From assembly GCF_964355755.1 (NCBI RefSeq), contig NC_092677.1, positions 456,101 through 520,100 on the forward strand: a stretch of DNA of 64,000 nucleotides, written 5' to 3'. Source of the DNA: Antedon mediterranea. Its lineage: Eukaryota; Animalia; Echinodermata. Each line of letters opens with the position of its first letter. Positions within the stretch are counted from its first letter, which is position 1. The position numbers were made by a program, and so were the translations under genes. This document shows positions 63,770 to 64,000 of the stretch, one piece after another. A model generated the notes under the pieces. The model saw only the letters and a program-made list of their open reading frames with translations, was not told the origin of the DNA and did not search any database.

Positions 63770-64000
63770 TGCTTTCATTTGTCTTCTTCTGTTTCTTAAT
63801 CACTTTTTTTTCTTTCAACCATTAAACCTTCATCGGCTTTGGGCCTACAGCAGCAACATAAACTATTCCCTTCCTTTCTTTTCTTCTCCTTTCTTCCTTC
63901 TTTAACTCTAAAATTTCATTTGTCTTCGTCTGTTTCTTAATCACTTTCTTTCTCTCAACCATTAAACCTTCATCGACATGGGCCTACAGGAGCAACGTAA
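63770..64000. repeat. Pyrimidine-rich intronic duplication (~140 bp period)
   Basis: ttcatttgtcttc(t/g)tctgtttcttaatcacttt...caaccattaaaccttcatcg...gggcctacag occurs twice. Confidence 0.8.

Overview
AT-rich eukaryotic genomic DNA with spliceosomal GT-AG introns, a LINE, a Deu/Nin-type SINE, MITEs and satellites. It is most likely from a marine invertebrate; a deuterostome such as an echinoderm is only an inference. The window opens with a degenerate L2/CR1-group LINE in an intron of a multi-NDK-domain gene, whose 3' part is at 2251-6864. Most of the window (about 8.9-58.4 kb) is a tandem cluster of seven divergent single-pass immunoglobulin-superfamily receptor genes, which I reconstructed exon by exon with consistent splice phases. 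One is a 3-Ig receptor tyrosine kinase with an intact FGFR/RET-like kinase domain. Six are kinase-less paralogue-like genes with different short tails: a consensus ITIM, a possible ITAM-like pair, and Trp-containing C-termini. Four share a short 4-cysteine membrane-proximal Ig-like domain. Two genes carry tandem amplifications of a splice site (acceptor x4, donor x7). Also present are an ~860-bp foldback palindrome, a ~3.8-kb higher-order satellite built from hairpin monomers, and the 5' end of a mucin-like secreted or membrane gene at the right edge. All gene models were read by hand and have no transcript support.
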